Shown: positions 21,541 through 30,928, counted from the first letter of the stretch. The stretch: DNA of 64,000 nt from Falsiroseomonas sp. (GCF_051860665.1 NZ_JBHYDM010000017.1:11501-75500), one strand, 5' to 3'. Numbers and translations: made by a program. The notes: generated by a model from the letters alone, not told the origin.

Positions 21541-22467
21541 TCAGCCGGCGTCGTCGAGCCCCAGCGCCCTGATCCGCCCGCGCTCCTCGTCCCAGCCGGC
21601 GCGCTCCTTCACATTGACGAAGAGATGGATGCGCCGTTCCAGCAGCGCCTCCAGCTCCCGCCGCGCGGTCTGGCCGATATTCTTGATCTTGCTGCCGCCG
21701 TCGCCGATCAGGATGGCCTTCTGGGTGGACCGCGTGACGTAGATGGTCACGTCGATCCGGGCACTGCCGTCCTTGCGCTCGGTCCAGCTCTCGGTCTCGA
21801 CCGTCGCGTGGTGCGGCACTTCCTCATGCGTCTGGCGCAGCACCTGCTCGCGCACGATCTCGGCGGCCAGCATGCGCTGCGGCAGGTCGGAGAGGTCGTC
21901 CTCGGGGAAGAGCCAGGGGCCCTCCGGCAGGTTCTTCGCCAGCACCGCCAGAACGCGGTCGAGACCCCTGCCCTTCAAGGCGGAGACCATGAAAGTCTCG
22001 GCAAAGGGCAGAATCTCGTTCAGCGCCTGGGCCAGCGGCAGCAGCCGCGGCGGGTCCACCAGGTCGGCCTTGTTCAGCAGCAGCATGGCGCGCCTTCCGC
22101 CCTGCTTCAGCTTCTCGGTGATCTGCCGCACCTCATCCGTCAGCCCGGCGCGGGCATCGACGATCAGCACGGCGAGGTCCGCATCCTGCGCACCGCCCCA
22201 GGCGGCCGCCACCATGGCGCGGTCCAGCCGCCGGCGCGGGGCGAAGATGCCGGGTGTGTCCACCAGCACGATCTGCGCCTGGCCCTGCATCACCACGGCG
22301 CGGATGCGGAAGCGCGTGGTCTGCGGCTTGGGCGAGACGATCGAGACTTTCGTTCCCGTCAGCGCATTCACCAGCGTCGACTTGCCCGCATTGGGCGCGC
22401 CCACAATCGCCACCAGCCCGCAGCGTCGCGGGCCTTCGGCCGGTGCCGGGGTTTCGGTCTCGCTCAT
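21541..22467 (-). CDS. era: GTPase Era
   Basis: GAPNAGKSTL, VSPKPQTTR, DTPG, NKAD, SALKG, KH domain ILIGDGGSKIK. Confidence 0.97.
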   Translation of the reverse strand: MSETETPAPAEGPRRCGLVAIVGAPNAGKSTLVNALTGTKVSIVSPKPQTTRFRIRAVVMQGQAQIVLVDTPGIFAPRRRLDRAMVAAAWGGAQDADLAVLIVDARAGLTDEVRQITEKLKQGGRRAMLLLNKADLVDPPRLLPLAQALNEILPFAETFMVSALKGRGLDRVLAVLAKNLPEGPWLFPEDDLSDLPQRMLAAEIVREQVLRQTHEEVPHHATVETESWTERKDGSARIDVTIYVTRSTQKAILIGDGGSKIKNIGQTARRELEALLERRIHLFVNVKERAGWDEERGRIRALGLDDAG

Positions 22468-23219
22468 GCCGCGCCCAGAATCTGCAAAAGTCGCTCCGCG
22501 GCCGCCTGCTCGGCGGCCCTCTTGTTGTCGCCCTTCCCTTCGGCCTCCTGCCCCGCCGCCACGGCGCGGACCACGAAGACCGGGCTGTGGGAGGGGCCGG
22601 TGGTGGACATCATGACATAGTCCGGCAGGCCGAGCCCGCGCCCCAGCGTCCATTCCTGCAGCCGGCTTTTCGGCGAGACCGGCGGCCGCAAGGGCCCCTC
22701 CAGCAGCGCATCCCATTCGCGCCGGATCAGGGCGCGGGCCGCCTCCAGCCCGCCATCCAGATAGAGCGCGCCCAGCATCGCCTCCAGCGCATCGGACAGC
22801 ACGGAGGCCCGCCCCCGCACGCCGCTGCGCTCCTCATTCACCGTCACCCGCAGCGCCGGGCCGACGCCGAGGGCTGCCGCCACCCGCGCCAGGCTGTCCT
22901 GCGCCACCAGCACGGCGAGGCGCTTGCCGAGATCCCCCTCCCGCTCCTGCGGGAAGCGTTCGGCCAGCCATTCGGCCATCACCAGGGCCAGCACGCGGTC
23001 GCCGACGAATTCCAGGCGTTCATTGCTGTCCAGCATCTGCCGGCGTGGATCGGCGGCGGAACGGTGGGTCAGGGCCTGCAGCAGCAATTCGGGCCGCTGG
23101 AAGCGGTGCGGCAGCCGCGCGGCCAGCGCCGCGATGGGGTCATCCGCCCCCTCCGCCTGCGGTGCCGCCGGCTGCGCGCGCCCGCCACGCCCCCGGCCTG
23201 GGGTGTTCGGCGCCTTCAC
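22464..23219 (-). CDS. rnc: Ribonuclease III (start uncertain)
   Basis: ALTHRS, NERLEFVGDRVL, DALEAMLGALYLDGG, dsRBD PKSRLQEW; GTG overlaps lepB stop. Confidence 0.95.
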   Translation of the reverse strand: MKAPNTPGRGRGGRAQPAAPQAEGADDPIAALAARLPHRFQRPELLLQALTHRSAADPRRQMLDSNERLEFVGDRVLALVMAEWLAERFPQEREGDLGKRLAVLVAQDSLARVAAALGVGPALRVTVNEERSGVRGRASVLSDALEAMLGALYLDGGLEAARALIRREWDALLEGPLRPPVSPKSRLQEWTLGRGLGLPDYVMMSTTGPSHSPVFVVRAVAAGQEAEGKGDNKRAAEQAAAERLLQILGAA

Positions 23220-23968
23220 CGCACCGCGCTGAGCAGGCGGCTCCAACGGATCGCCATCGGCCAGGCCCAGACCTCCCACCAGCGGGCGGAGCCATCGACG
23301 GAGAAGAAGATGAATTCCGCGCGGCCCACCAGGTTTTCGACCGGGATGAAGCCCACCGCATTCTGCGCCCGGCTGTCCAGGCTATTGTCGCGGTTGTCGC
23401 CCATGGCGAAGACATGGCCCTCCGGCACCCGGTATTCGCCGGTATTGTCGAAGGGCTGGTCGTCCGACATCTCCAGGATGTTGTGCGCATGCGCCACCAT
23501 CCCCGGCTGCGGCGGCAGGAATTCGCGGTATTCGCGCACCACCAGGCGGGGGCCGTCGCCCTCCACCGTATAGGGCCCGATCAGCTCCCGCCGCACGGAC
23601 TGGCCATTCACATAGAGCACGCCGGCACGGACCTGGATGCGGTCGCCCGGCAGGCCGATGATGCGCTTGATATAGTCCGTCGCATTGTCCCGCGGCAGCT
23701 TGAACACCGCGACGTCACCCCGCTCCGGCAGGCTGCCGAAGATCCGGCCCTGGAAGAGGTTCGGGCTGAAGGGCATGGAATGCCGCGAATAGCCGTAGGA
23801 GTATTTCGAGACAAAGAGATAGTCGCCCACCAGCAGCGTCGGGATCATGCTGCCGGAGGGGATGTTGAAGGGCTCGAAGGCGACCGTGCGGATGCCGATG
23901 GCGATGAGCCCGGCATAGACCACCGTCTTGATGGATTCGAGCCAGCCGCCCGACTTGTGTTTGGCCAT
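23216..23968 (-). CDS. lepB: Signal peptidase I
   Basis: PFNIPSGSMIPTLLVGD, DYIKRIIGLPGD, MGDNRDNSLDSR. Confidence 0.97.
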   Translation of the reverse strand: MAKHKSGGWLESIKTVVYAGLIAIGIRTVAFEPFNIPSGSMIPTLLVGDYLFVSKYSYGYSRHSMPFSPNLFQGRIFGSLPERGDVAVFKLPRDNATDYIKRIIGLPGDRIQVRAGVLYVNGQSVRRELIGPYTVEGDGPRLVVREYREFLPPQPGMVAHAHNILEMSDDQPFDNTGEYRVPEGHVFAMGDNRDNSLDSRAQNAVGFIPVENLVGRAEFIFFSVDGSARWWEVWAWPMAIRWSRLLSAVR

Positions 23969-24059
23969 GGTGGGAATTTGCGCGGGCATCCTCAACGGAC
24001 GCCCCAAATGCCGGACGCGTCACTGCGGGGCGGGATAGAGCGCGAGGCGATGCAACCTG

Positions 24060-24497
24060 TCAAGGAAGCTGCGATGACGGGGGCATCATGCGCGGCAGCG
24101 GGACCGCGGTGATGATGACCATGGCCTGGGCATAGGGGAACTCGTCCGTCATGGTCAGCGCGACATGGGACACAAGGCCGGCGGGCGTGATGGCGGCCAG
24201 CCGGGCCGCGGCGCCGCCCGTCATCCGCAGGGTCGGCTGGCCGGAGGAAAGGTTCACCACGCCCAGGTCGCGCCAGAAGACCCCGGCCCGGAAGCCCGTG
24301 CCGAGCGCCTTGGAGGCGGCCTCCTTCGCCGCATAGCGCTTGGCATAGGTGGCGGCGCGGATCTTCTCGGTGCGCCGCTCCGCCTTGGCGCGCTCCGCCG
24401 GCGTGTAGATGCGGGCGAGAAAACGGTCACCGTATTTCTGCATCACCCGCTCGATGCGGCGGATGTCGATGATGTCACTGCCGAGGCCGATAATCAT
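24060..24497 (-). CDS. acpS: Holo-ACP synthase
   Basis: [32 protein letters not shown]. Confidence 0.96.
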   Translation of the reverse strand: MIIGLGSDIIDIRRIERVMQKYGDRFLARIYTPAERAKAERRTEKIRAATYAKRYAAKEAASKALGTGFRAGVFWRDLGVVNLSSGQPTLRMTGGAAARLAAITPAGLVSHVALTMTDEFPYAQAMVIITAVPLPRMMPPSSQLP

Positions 24498-24506
24498 GGA
24501 GACGAA

Positions 24507-26777
24507 CTAACCCTTCGACCGCTCGACCTGCGCCACGCCCTGCAGCGCCCGCAGCGCGGCGATGATATTGGACAGGTGGCGCAGGTCCTGCACCTCCACA
24601 TCCACCGCGATCTCCTGGAAATCCGGACCGCGATGGACGATGCGGATATTCTCGATGGCGCCGTCCTGCCGCGCGATCGCCTCCGTCACCGCCGAGAGCA
24701 CGCCGCGGTCATTGCCGGTAACCACGTCGATCCGCCCGGTATGCGCCACGCCGGCGCCGCCGCCATAGTCCCAGTCGATGTCGATGAAGCGTTCCGGGCT
24801 TTCGGCAAAACCCGAGAGATTGTGGCAATCCGTCTTGTGGACGGTCACGCCCTTGCCCGTGGTGACAATCCCCAGGATGCGGTCGCCCGGCAGCGGGTGG
24901 CAGCAGCCGGCGAAGTGCACCTCCATCCCCGCCACCAGGCCGGTGATGCCCATGGTGACGTCGCGCTTGAAGCCGCCCTTGGCCAACGGCACGGCGCGCG
25001 GGCGGGACCGGGCCAGCGGCAGGGAATCGGCCGCCCGCGGCGGGCCGCGCAGCTCGGGATAGACCGCGTGCAGCACATCCTTGGCGCTGGCCCCGCCCGC
25101 CGCGACCACCAGGCAGAGCTCCTCGAAGCTGGATTGCTTCAGCGCCTTCAGCGCCGGCTCCATATGCTTCTCGGAGAATTCCACGCCTTCCGCCCGGAAG
25201 GCCTTGGCGATGGCGGCGCGGCCTTCCTGCTGCTGCTGCTGGCGCTGCTCGGCATGCACGAAGCGGCGGATGCGGGCGCGGGCTTTCCCCGTGACAACAA
25301 ATCTTGCCCATTGCGGATTGGGCGTGCCGCCGCGGGCGGTGATGATCTCCACCTGGTCGCCGTTTTCCAGCGGCGTGCGCAGCGGCTTGATCTGGCCGTT
25401 GATCTTGGCGCCGACGCATTGGTCGCCGACCTGGCTATGCACCTGGTAGGCGAAGTCGACGCAGGTGGATCCCCGCGGCAGCGCGATCAGCTCGCCCTTG
25501 GGCGTGAAGCAGAAGACCTCGTCGCGGTGCAGCTCAAGCCGCGTGGCGTCCAGGAACTCCTGCGGCTCGCTCGCCTGTTCCAGGATTTCCAGCAGCGCCT
25601 TCACCCAGGGGAATTTCTGCTGGTCGCGCGCGGCCTCGCCGCCCTGCTTGTAGATCCAATGCGCGGCCACGCCGTATTCGGCGACCTCGTGCATCTCCCG
25701 CGTGCGGATCTGCACCTCGATCTTGGCGTTTCGGCGTTCCGGCACCGTCAGGCCGGTATGGATGGACTGATATCCGTTGGTTTTCGGTGTGCTGATATAA
25801 TCCTTGAACCGCCCCGGCACGACCCGATAGGCCGAGTGCAGCACGCCGAGCGCCTGGTAGCAGGCGGCCTGGTCCGGGACGATGACCCGGAAGGCCATGA
25901 TGTCCGAGAGCTGCTCGAATTCGATGCTCTTGCCGTGCATCTTCAGCCAGATGGAATAGGGCGACTTCTCCCGCCCCGTCAGCTCCAGCAGGTTGATCCC
26001 TGCCTCCTCCAGCACCCGCTTCAGGTCGGTGCGGATCTCGGCGATCAGGTCGGCGCCCTGGCCGTAGAGGAAGCCGCGGCGGGCGACGATGGATTGGCTG
26101 GCATCCGGCTCCAGCTCGCGGAAGGCGAGCGTCTCCAGCTCCGTCTTCAGCGCGTCCATGCCGATGCGCTCCGCCAGCGGGGCGAAGATCTCCATGGTCT
26201 CCCGGGCGGTCTTGCGTCGCCGGGCTTCCTGCGGGACGAAGTGCAGCGTCTGCATGTTGTGCAGACGGTCCGCCAGCTTCACCAGCAGCACCCGGATATC
26301 CTCGGACATCGCGAGGACCAGCTTCCGGAAATTCTCGGCCTGCTTGGTGCGCTCGGATTGCAGTTCGAGGCGCGTCAGCTTGGTGACGCCATCCACCAGC
26401 CGCGCGACTTCCTTGCCGAAGCGCTTTTCCAGCTCGGCCAGGCCGACCTTGGTATCCTCCGCCACGTCATGCAGCAGGGCGGTGGCGATGGAGGCGGCGT
26501 CCAGCCGGTACTGCACCAGGGTGCGGGCCACGGCGACGGGATGGATGATATAGGGGTCGCCGTTGTCGCGCTTCTGGCCCTCATGCGCGGCGCTGGCGGT
26601 GACCCAGGCGCGCTCGATCATGGCCGTATCGGCGCGGGGGGAATAGGCGGCGACGAGGCGGGCCAGTTCCTGGCCGATGGTCTCCCCGGCCGGTGTCGGG
26701 CCCGCGGGGGCGGGCGCCGGGGCGGCGGGCGGAGGGTCCAGGGCGATCCCGGCCGGCATGCCGTCGGGCGCGTTCAT
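24507..26777 (-). CDS. spoT: Bifunctional (p)ppGpp synthetase/hydrolase Rel/SpoT
   Basis: HEGQKRDNGDPYIIHP, LLHDVAED, KLADRLHNM, GREKSPYSIW, YQSIHT, TGS and ACT domains. Confidence 0.97.
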   Translation of the reverse strand: MNAPDGMPAGIALDPPPAAPAPAPAGPTPAGETIGQELARLVAAYSPRADTAMIERAWVTASAAHEGQKRDNGDPYIIHPVAVARTLVQYRLDAASIATALLHDVAEDTKVGLAELEKRFGKEVARLVDGVTKLTRLELQSERTKQAENFRKLVLAMSEDIRVLLVKLADRLHNMQTLHFVPQEARRRKTARETMEIFAPLAERIGMDALKTELETLAFRELEPDASQSIVARRGFLYGQGADLIAEIRTDLKRVLEEAGINLLELTGREKSPYSIWLKMHGKSIEFEQLSDIMAFRVIVPDQAACYQALGVLHSAYRVVPGRFKDYISTPKTNGYQSIHTGLTVPERRNAKIEVQIRTREMHEVAEYGVAAHWIYKQGGEAARDQQKFPWVKALLEILEQASEPQEFLDATRLELHRDEVFCFTPKGELIALPRGSTCVDFAYQVHSQVGDQCVGAKINGQIKPLRTPLENGDQVEIITARGGTPNPQWARFVVTGKARARIRRFVHAEQRQQQQQEGRAAIAKAFRAEGVEFSEKHMEPALKALKQSSFEELCLVVAAGGASAKDVLHAVYPELRGPPRAADSLPLARSRPRAVPLAKGGFKRDVTMGITGLVAGMEVHFAGCCHPLPGDRILGIVTTGKGVTVHKTDCHNLSGFAESPERFIDIDWDYGGGAGVAHTGRIDVVTGNDRGVLSAVTEAIARQDGAIENIRIVHRGPDFQEIAVDVEVQDLRHLSNIIAALRALQGVAQVERSKG

Positions 26778-26844
26778 TTGCGGCCGATCCTGGCCGTTGG
26801 CCGGGGCGCGGGGGCCTCGCGGCCCCTGCGCGGTCGATCCGGCG

Positions 26845-27240
26845 TCAGCGCTTTCCGCCGAGTTCGGCGGCGATCGCCGCCTCGATATCGTCGGCCGAGA
26901 GGTCTTCCAGCCCGGCGCCGTCGCCGATCGCTTCCTCGTTCACGTCCATGACGCCGAAGATGTTCTCGTCGGTGGCGATGAGGTCGAGCACCTCCTCCTC
27001 CGCCGGCTCCGGCTCCGGCGCGCGCTGCAGCGACTTCACCAGGTCGGCCTGCAGCAGGTCGAGGTCGACCGTGCCCTCGGCGATCTCGCGCAGCGCAACG
27101 ACCGGGTTCTTGTCATTGTCGCGATCGACCGTCAGCTCCTCGCCGCGGCTCACATTGCGGGCGCGCTGCGCCGCATGCAGAACCAGCTCGAAGCGGTTGG
27201 GAACGCGGAGGATGCAGTCCTCGACCGTAACGCGCGCCAT
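26845..27240 (-). CDS. rpoZ: RNA polymerase omega subunit
   Basis: [35 protein letters not shown]. Confidence 0.97.
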   Translation of the reverse strand: MARVTVEDCILRVPNRFELVLHAAQRARNVSRGEELTVDRDNDKNPVVALREIAEGTVDLDLLQADLVKSLQRAPEPEPAEEEVLDLIATDENIFGVMDVNEEAIGDGAGLEDLSADDIEAAIAAELGGKR

Positions 27241-27336
27241 GGCGGCTCCAATCCCGATGCGGGGGGAATAGTGCGGGGAACCCGAGGCGCAGGCGCTGCG
27301 CGCGGGACTCCCCTCCCCACCCTATGGTGAACGCTC

Positions 27337-27365
27337 CATGTAGCCAGCCCGGGCGCCGCTTGCAA
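27337..27365 (-). promoter_or_regulatory. Putative sigma70-type promoter of rpoZ-spoT operon
   Basis: TTGCAA-N17-TACATG about 100 nt upstream of rpoZ ATG. Confidence 0.45.
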
Positions 27366-27376
27366 GGCGCGCGAGT

Positions 27377-27717
27377 TCAGCTTCCGGGCGGGCAGTCGCG
27401 GGCGGCCGCCAGGTCCCGCAGCCGGGCATTGCGCCGTTCCAGCGCCGCCGTCTCGCTGCGCTGGGTGTCGCCATTGTCCATGAAGGCCATCCGCCCAGGC
27501 CCATCAGCAGCAGCATCCCGGCATTGTCCGCGCCGCGGCGTTCCGATTCCCGCGCCAGTTCCGGCAGCCGCGCCTGATTGGCGGCAAGCTCGCCTTGAAT
27601 GTGTGCGCAGCTCAAACGATCATCGAGCCCGGTCGATTCGGCGGGCGGCTGCGCCTGCCGCGCACCGCAGCCCGTCAGGAAAAAGAGGATCGCCAGCGTG
27701 CCGAATGCTTTTGTCAT
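27377..27717 (-). pseudogene. Small lipoprotein with 1-bp frameshift near 27491 (pseudogene or sequencing error)
   Basis: MTKAFGTLAILFFLTG-C lipobox; restoring one G in GGCGGATGG gives ...GGMAFMDNGDTQRSETAALERRNARLRDLAAARDCPPGS-stop; span 341 bp = 3n-1. Confidence 0.65.
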
Positions 27718-27724
27718 AACCGCA

Positions 27725-28327
27725 ATGTTCCATGCCCGCAGCGCCGGCGGAAGATGGGGTCGCGCCCTGCGCGGGCTGGCGTTGGCGCTGATCCTGCCGC
27801 TCGCGGCCTGCGCCAGCGGCGCCACGCCGGGGGCGATGACGGTGCCCCTCTCGGCCGATACCATGATCGCCGAGGGCTCCGGGCTGCGGCAGGCGGTGGC
27901 CACCGGCACGCTGGGCGGCGGGCAGGAGACCAACCCGATGTGGACCTCCCAGGTCTCCAACGAGGCCTTTGCGAGCGCGCTGCGGCAGAGCCTCGGCACC
28001 CATGCGATGCTGGCCATCCAGGGCGGGCGCTTCCGGCTGGATGCCACGCTCGGCGCGCTGCGGCAGCCGCTGATGGGCGCCTCGCTGGAGGTCACCTCGA
28101 CCGTCGCCTATCGGCTGACCTCGGTGGAGACCGGCGCCGTGGTCTTCGAACGCACCATCGAGGCCGCCTATACCGCCCCCTTCAGCGCCGCCTTCGCCGC
28201 GGTCGAGCGGCTGCGCCTGGCCAATGAGGGCTCGGTGCGGGAGAATATTCGCCGCTTCCTGGTGGCCCTGGTGGCGGAGGAAGCCCGCAACCCGCAGGCC
28301 TTCCGCGCCGGCACGCCGATCTCCTGA
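27725..28327 (+). CDS. Hypothetical lipoprotein
   Basis: LILPLAA-C lipobox; GGQETNPMWTSQVSNEAF..., RLRLANEGSVRENI; clean coding bias. Confidence 0.75.
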   Translation: MFHARSAGGRWGRALRGLALALILPLAACASGATPGAMTVPLSADTMIAEGSGLRQAVATGTLGGGQETNPMWTSQVSNEAFASALRQSLGTHAMLAIQGGRFRLDATLGALRQPLMGASLEVTSTVAYRLTSVETGAVVFERTIEAAYTAPFSAAFAAVERLRLANEGSVRENIRRFLVALVAEEARNPQAFRAGTPIS

Positions 28328-28331
28328 AGCC

Positions 28332-28841
28332 TCAGCCGAGCGGGCGCACCCCGGCCCGCCCCACCTGCCCCAGCAGATCCGCCGCCGTGGCGCCGAGGCC
28401 GGGATGCACCCAGCCCGGCGCCACATCCGCCAGCGGCGCCAGGACGAAGGCGCGCAGATGGGCGCGGGGATGCGGCAGGATGGGGTCGGGCGCGTCCCGG
28501 ACCAGCCCGTCCAGGTCGATCAGGTCCAGGTCCAGGGTGCGCGGCGCATTGGGATAGGGGCGGACCCGGCCGAAGCGGGCCTCGATGCCCTGCAAGGCGG
28601 CCAGCAGCGCCGCGGGGTCGGGCGGCGTGGCGCCGGGGCGCGGCTCCAGCCGGGCCATGCCATTGACATAGTCGGGCGCGCCGGGGCTGGGCGGCACGGG
28701 GGCGGTCGCATACCAGCGGGACAGCGCCCGCAGCCGCAGGCCGGGCAAGGCATCCAGCGCCGCGGCGGCGGCGCGGCAGGTGGCCAGGGCATCACGCCCA
28801 TCCGGGCCGGGCAGGTTGGCGCCAAGGGCGATCAGGATCAT
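28332..28841 (-). CDS. folK: 2-amino-4-hydroxy-6-hydroxymethyldihydropteridine diphosphokinase
   Basis: MILIALGANL, PDYVNG, PRTLDLDLI, LPHPRAHLRAFVLAPL. Confidence 0.95.
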   Translation of the reverse strand: MILIALGANLPGPDGRDALATCRAAAAALDALPGLRLRALSRWYATAPVPPSPGAPDYVNGMARLEPRPGATPPDPAALLAALQGIEARFGRVRPYPNAPRTLDLDLIDLDGLVRDAPDPILPHPRAHLRAFVLAPLADVAPGWVHPGLGATAADLLGQVGRAGVRPLG

Positions 28842-28881
28842 ATCCCGCGCTCTACCGCCCGAACCTCGGAAAGACCACGCC

Positions 28882-29535
28882 TTGCAGCCGCCCAACCCGG
28901 GGACGCCCGAGACGCCAAGCCACGACTGCCCGCTCTGCCCGCGCCTGGTGGCCTATCGGATGGAAAATCGCCAAAAATGGCCGGAGTGGCACAATGGGCC
29001 GGTGCCCTGCTGGGGGCAGAGCGAGGCGCGGCTGCTGGTGCTGGGCCTGGCGCCCGGGGTGCGCGGCGCCAATCGCACGGGCCGGCCCTTCACCGGCGAT
29101 TTCGCCGGCAAGCTGCTCTATGCCACGCTGTTGAAATACGGCCTGGCGGCCGGTGAATACCGGGAGGATCCGAAGGACGGCATGCAGCTCCGCGGCGTGC
29201 GGATCGCCAATGCGGTGCGCTGCGTGCCGCCCGAGAACCTGCCGACGCCGGCCGAGATCACCACCTGCAACCGCTTCGTGGTGGCGGAGCGATCGGCCAT
29301 GCCGCAGCTGCGCGTGGTGCTGGCGCTGGGGCTGGTGGCGCATAATGCATTTCTGAAGAGCCACCGCATTCCCGTGGCACGGTACAAATTCGCCCATGGC
29401 GCGCAGCACGTGCTGCCGGATGGGGTGGTGCTGGCGGACAGCTATCATGTCAGCCGCTACAACCAGAATACGGGCCGCCTGACGACGGAGATGTTCGAGA
29501 CCGCGGTGGAGCGGATCCTCCCCCTCATCGCCTGA
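28882..29535 (+). CDS. Uracil-DNA glycosylase (family 5-like, Fe-S)
   Basis: DCPLCPRL, GLAPGVRGANRTGRPFTGD, NAVRCVPPENLP, SYHVSRYN; TTG start. Confidence 0.92.
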   Translation: MQPPNPGTPETPSHDCPLCPRLVAYRMENRQKWPEWHNGPVPCWGQSEARLLVLGLAPGVRGANRTGRPFTGDFAGKLLYATLLKYGLAAGEYREDPKDGMQLRGVRIANAVRCVPPENLPTPAEITTCNRFVVAERSAMPQLRVVLALGLVAHNAFLKSHRIPVARYKFAHGAQHVLPDGVVLADSYHVSRYNQNTGRLTTEMFETAVERILPLIA

Positions 29536-29578
29536 GAAGGCGGGTGGGGACGCGGCAGGCCACGCCCCCGTCCATTCT

Positions 29579-29653
29579 TCAGCGCAGCCCGAGGAAGCTC
29601 AGGATGGCGATGACGATGACCACGGCGCCGACGATATAGACAATGCTGTTCAT
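29579..29653 (-). CDS. 24-aa single-pass small membrane protein MNSIVYIVGAVVIVIAILSFLGLR
   Basis: Manual translation; SD GAGGGA; GC3-rich codons; fills gap between udg and gpx; below ORF-track cutoff. Confidence 0.75.
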   Translation of the reverse strand: MNSIVYIVGAVVIVIAILSFLGLR

Positions 29654-29683
29654 GGGGTGTCCCTCGGTTCACGACAGCGGGGT

Positions 29684-29708
29684 AACGGGGCAGCAACATC
29701 AAAGTTGC
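29684..29708 (-). promoter_or_regulatory. EcfG (general stress sigma)-like promoter
   Basis: GCAAC-N16-CGTT, one mismatch to GGAAC-N16/17-CGTT, ~30 nt upstream of the 24-aa ORF. Confidence 0.5.
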
Positions 29709-29718
29709 AGACTCCCTC

Positions 29719-30264
29719 TCACCCCGTCGGCATGCCACCGAGGGCCGCCTGCACAGCCTGCAGCAGCGTGGGATTCTCGGGCGCCACGGAGGTCGGGAAG
29801 CTGCGCACCGCCAGCCCGTCCCGCGCCACCAGGTACTTGTGGAAATTCCAGCGTGGCGGCCCGCCGGCGCGCGCGGCGAGCCAGGCGAAGAGGGGATGCG
29901 CCTGCGGCCCGCGCAGCGTGGTCAGCCCGGCCATGGGGAAGGTGATGCCATAGACCGTCTCGCAGAATTCGCGGATCTTCGCGGCCTCGGTGCTTTCCTG
30001 CCGGAAGTCGTTGGAGGGCACGCCGATCACGGCAAAGCCCATTGGCGCGAAACGGTCATGCAGCCGCTGCAGCCCCTCATACTGCGGCGTATAGCCGCAG
30101 AAGCTGGCGGTGTTCACCACCAGCAGCGCCTGGCCGCGGAACTCGGACAGCGCCAGCGGCCCGCCCTCCAGCGCCTCCAGCCGGAAGTCGAAGACGGTCT
30201 GGGCGGGGGCCGCGGCCATCAGCAGGGGCGTGGCCAGCAGGGCGCGGCGCGGGACCTCAGCCAT
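29719..30264 (-). CDS. Glutathione peroxidase family (Cys), Tat-like leader
   Basis: MAEVPRRALL; VNTASFCGYTPQY, GVPSNDFRQE, PRWNFHKYLV. Confidence 0.93.
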   Translation of the reverse strand: MAEVPRRALLATPLLMAAAPAQTVFDFRLEALEGGPLALSEFRGQALLVVNTASFCGYTPQYEGLQRLHDRFAPMGFAVIGVPSNDFRQESTEAAKIREFCETVYGITFPMAGLTTLRGPQAHPLFAWLAARAGGPPRWNFHKYLVARDGLAVRSFPTSVAPENPTLLQAVQAALGGMPTG

Positions 30265-30928
30265 ACCTTTCCTCCATCCAGGGATCGCCGCGATTGTGGT
30301 AGCCGCGCACCTCCCAGAAGCCGGGCCGGTCCTCGCGCAGCAGCTCGACACGGGTGAGCCATTTCGGGCTCTTCCAGAAATACAGATGCGGCACGACCAG
30401 CCGCAGCGGCCCGCCATGCTGGCGCTCCAGCGGCGCGCCCGCCCAGGAATGGGCGAAGAGGTTCTCGGGCCGCGCGAAATCCTCGATGGCGAGATTCGTC
30501 GTGTAGCCGTCGTAGCTGGTGAGCGCGACGAAGCGCGCTTCCTCCTTCGGCCGCGCCAGCGCCAGCAGGTCCGGGACCGGCACGCCCTCCCAGTCATTGT
30601 CGTAGCGCGACCACTGCGTGACGCAATGGATGTCATTGCGGCGGCGCGCCTGCGGCATGGCCAAAAATTCGTCCAGCGTCAGGCGCAGCGGCGCGGCCAC
30701 CAGGCCCTCGATCCGCAGGCGAAACTTCTCCCGGCTCACATCCGGCTGCACGCCCAGGTCGAGCACCGGGAAATCGGACACAAGGCGCTGGCCAGGCGGC
30801 AGGCGATCGGCCTCGGGGGTGGAGGTGGTGCCGGTCAGCAGCCGGCCATCCCGGGCCCAGCCCTGCTTGGTCTCGACCAGCTTCTCCCGCACCCTTCCGG
30901 TCAGCGGGATATCCTCGTCCTCGGGCAT
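30257..30928 (-). CDS. Sulfite oxidase-like molybdopterin oxidoreductase
   Basis: LPPGQ, FPVLDLG, DIHCVTQWS, DGYTTNL, HGGPLRLVVPHLYFWKSPKWL, GFWEVRGYH. Confidence 0.92.
   Translation of the reverse strand: MPEDEDIPLTGRVREKLVETKQGWARDGRLLTGTTSTPEADRLPPGQRLVSDFPVLDLGVQPDVSREKFRLRIEGLVAAPLRLTLDEFLAMPQARRRNDIHCVTQWSRYDNDWEGVPVPDLLALARPKEEARFVALTSYDGYTTNLAIEDFARPENLFAHSWAGAPLERQHGGPLRLVVPHLYFWKSPKWLTRVELLREDRPGFWEVRGYHNRGDPWMEERYG

Noticed and set aside
25226-25250. Short CAG run (QRQQQQQ) in SpoT
   Set aside because: Too short for a contingency repeat; in-frame helix segment.
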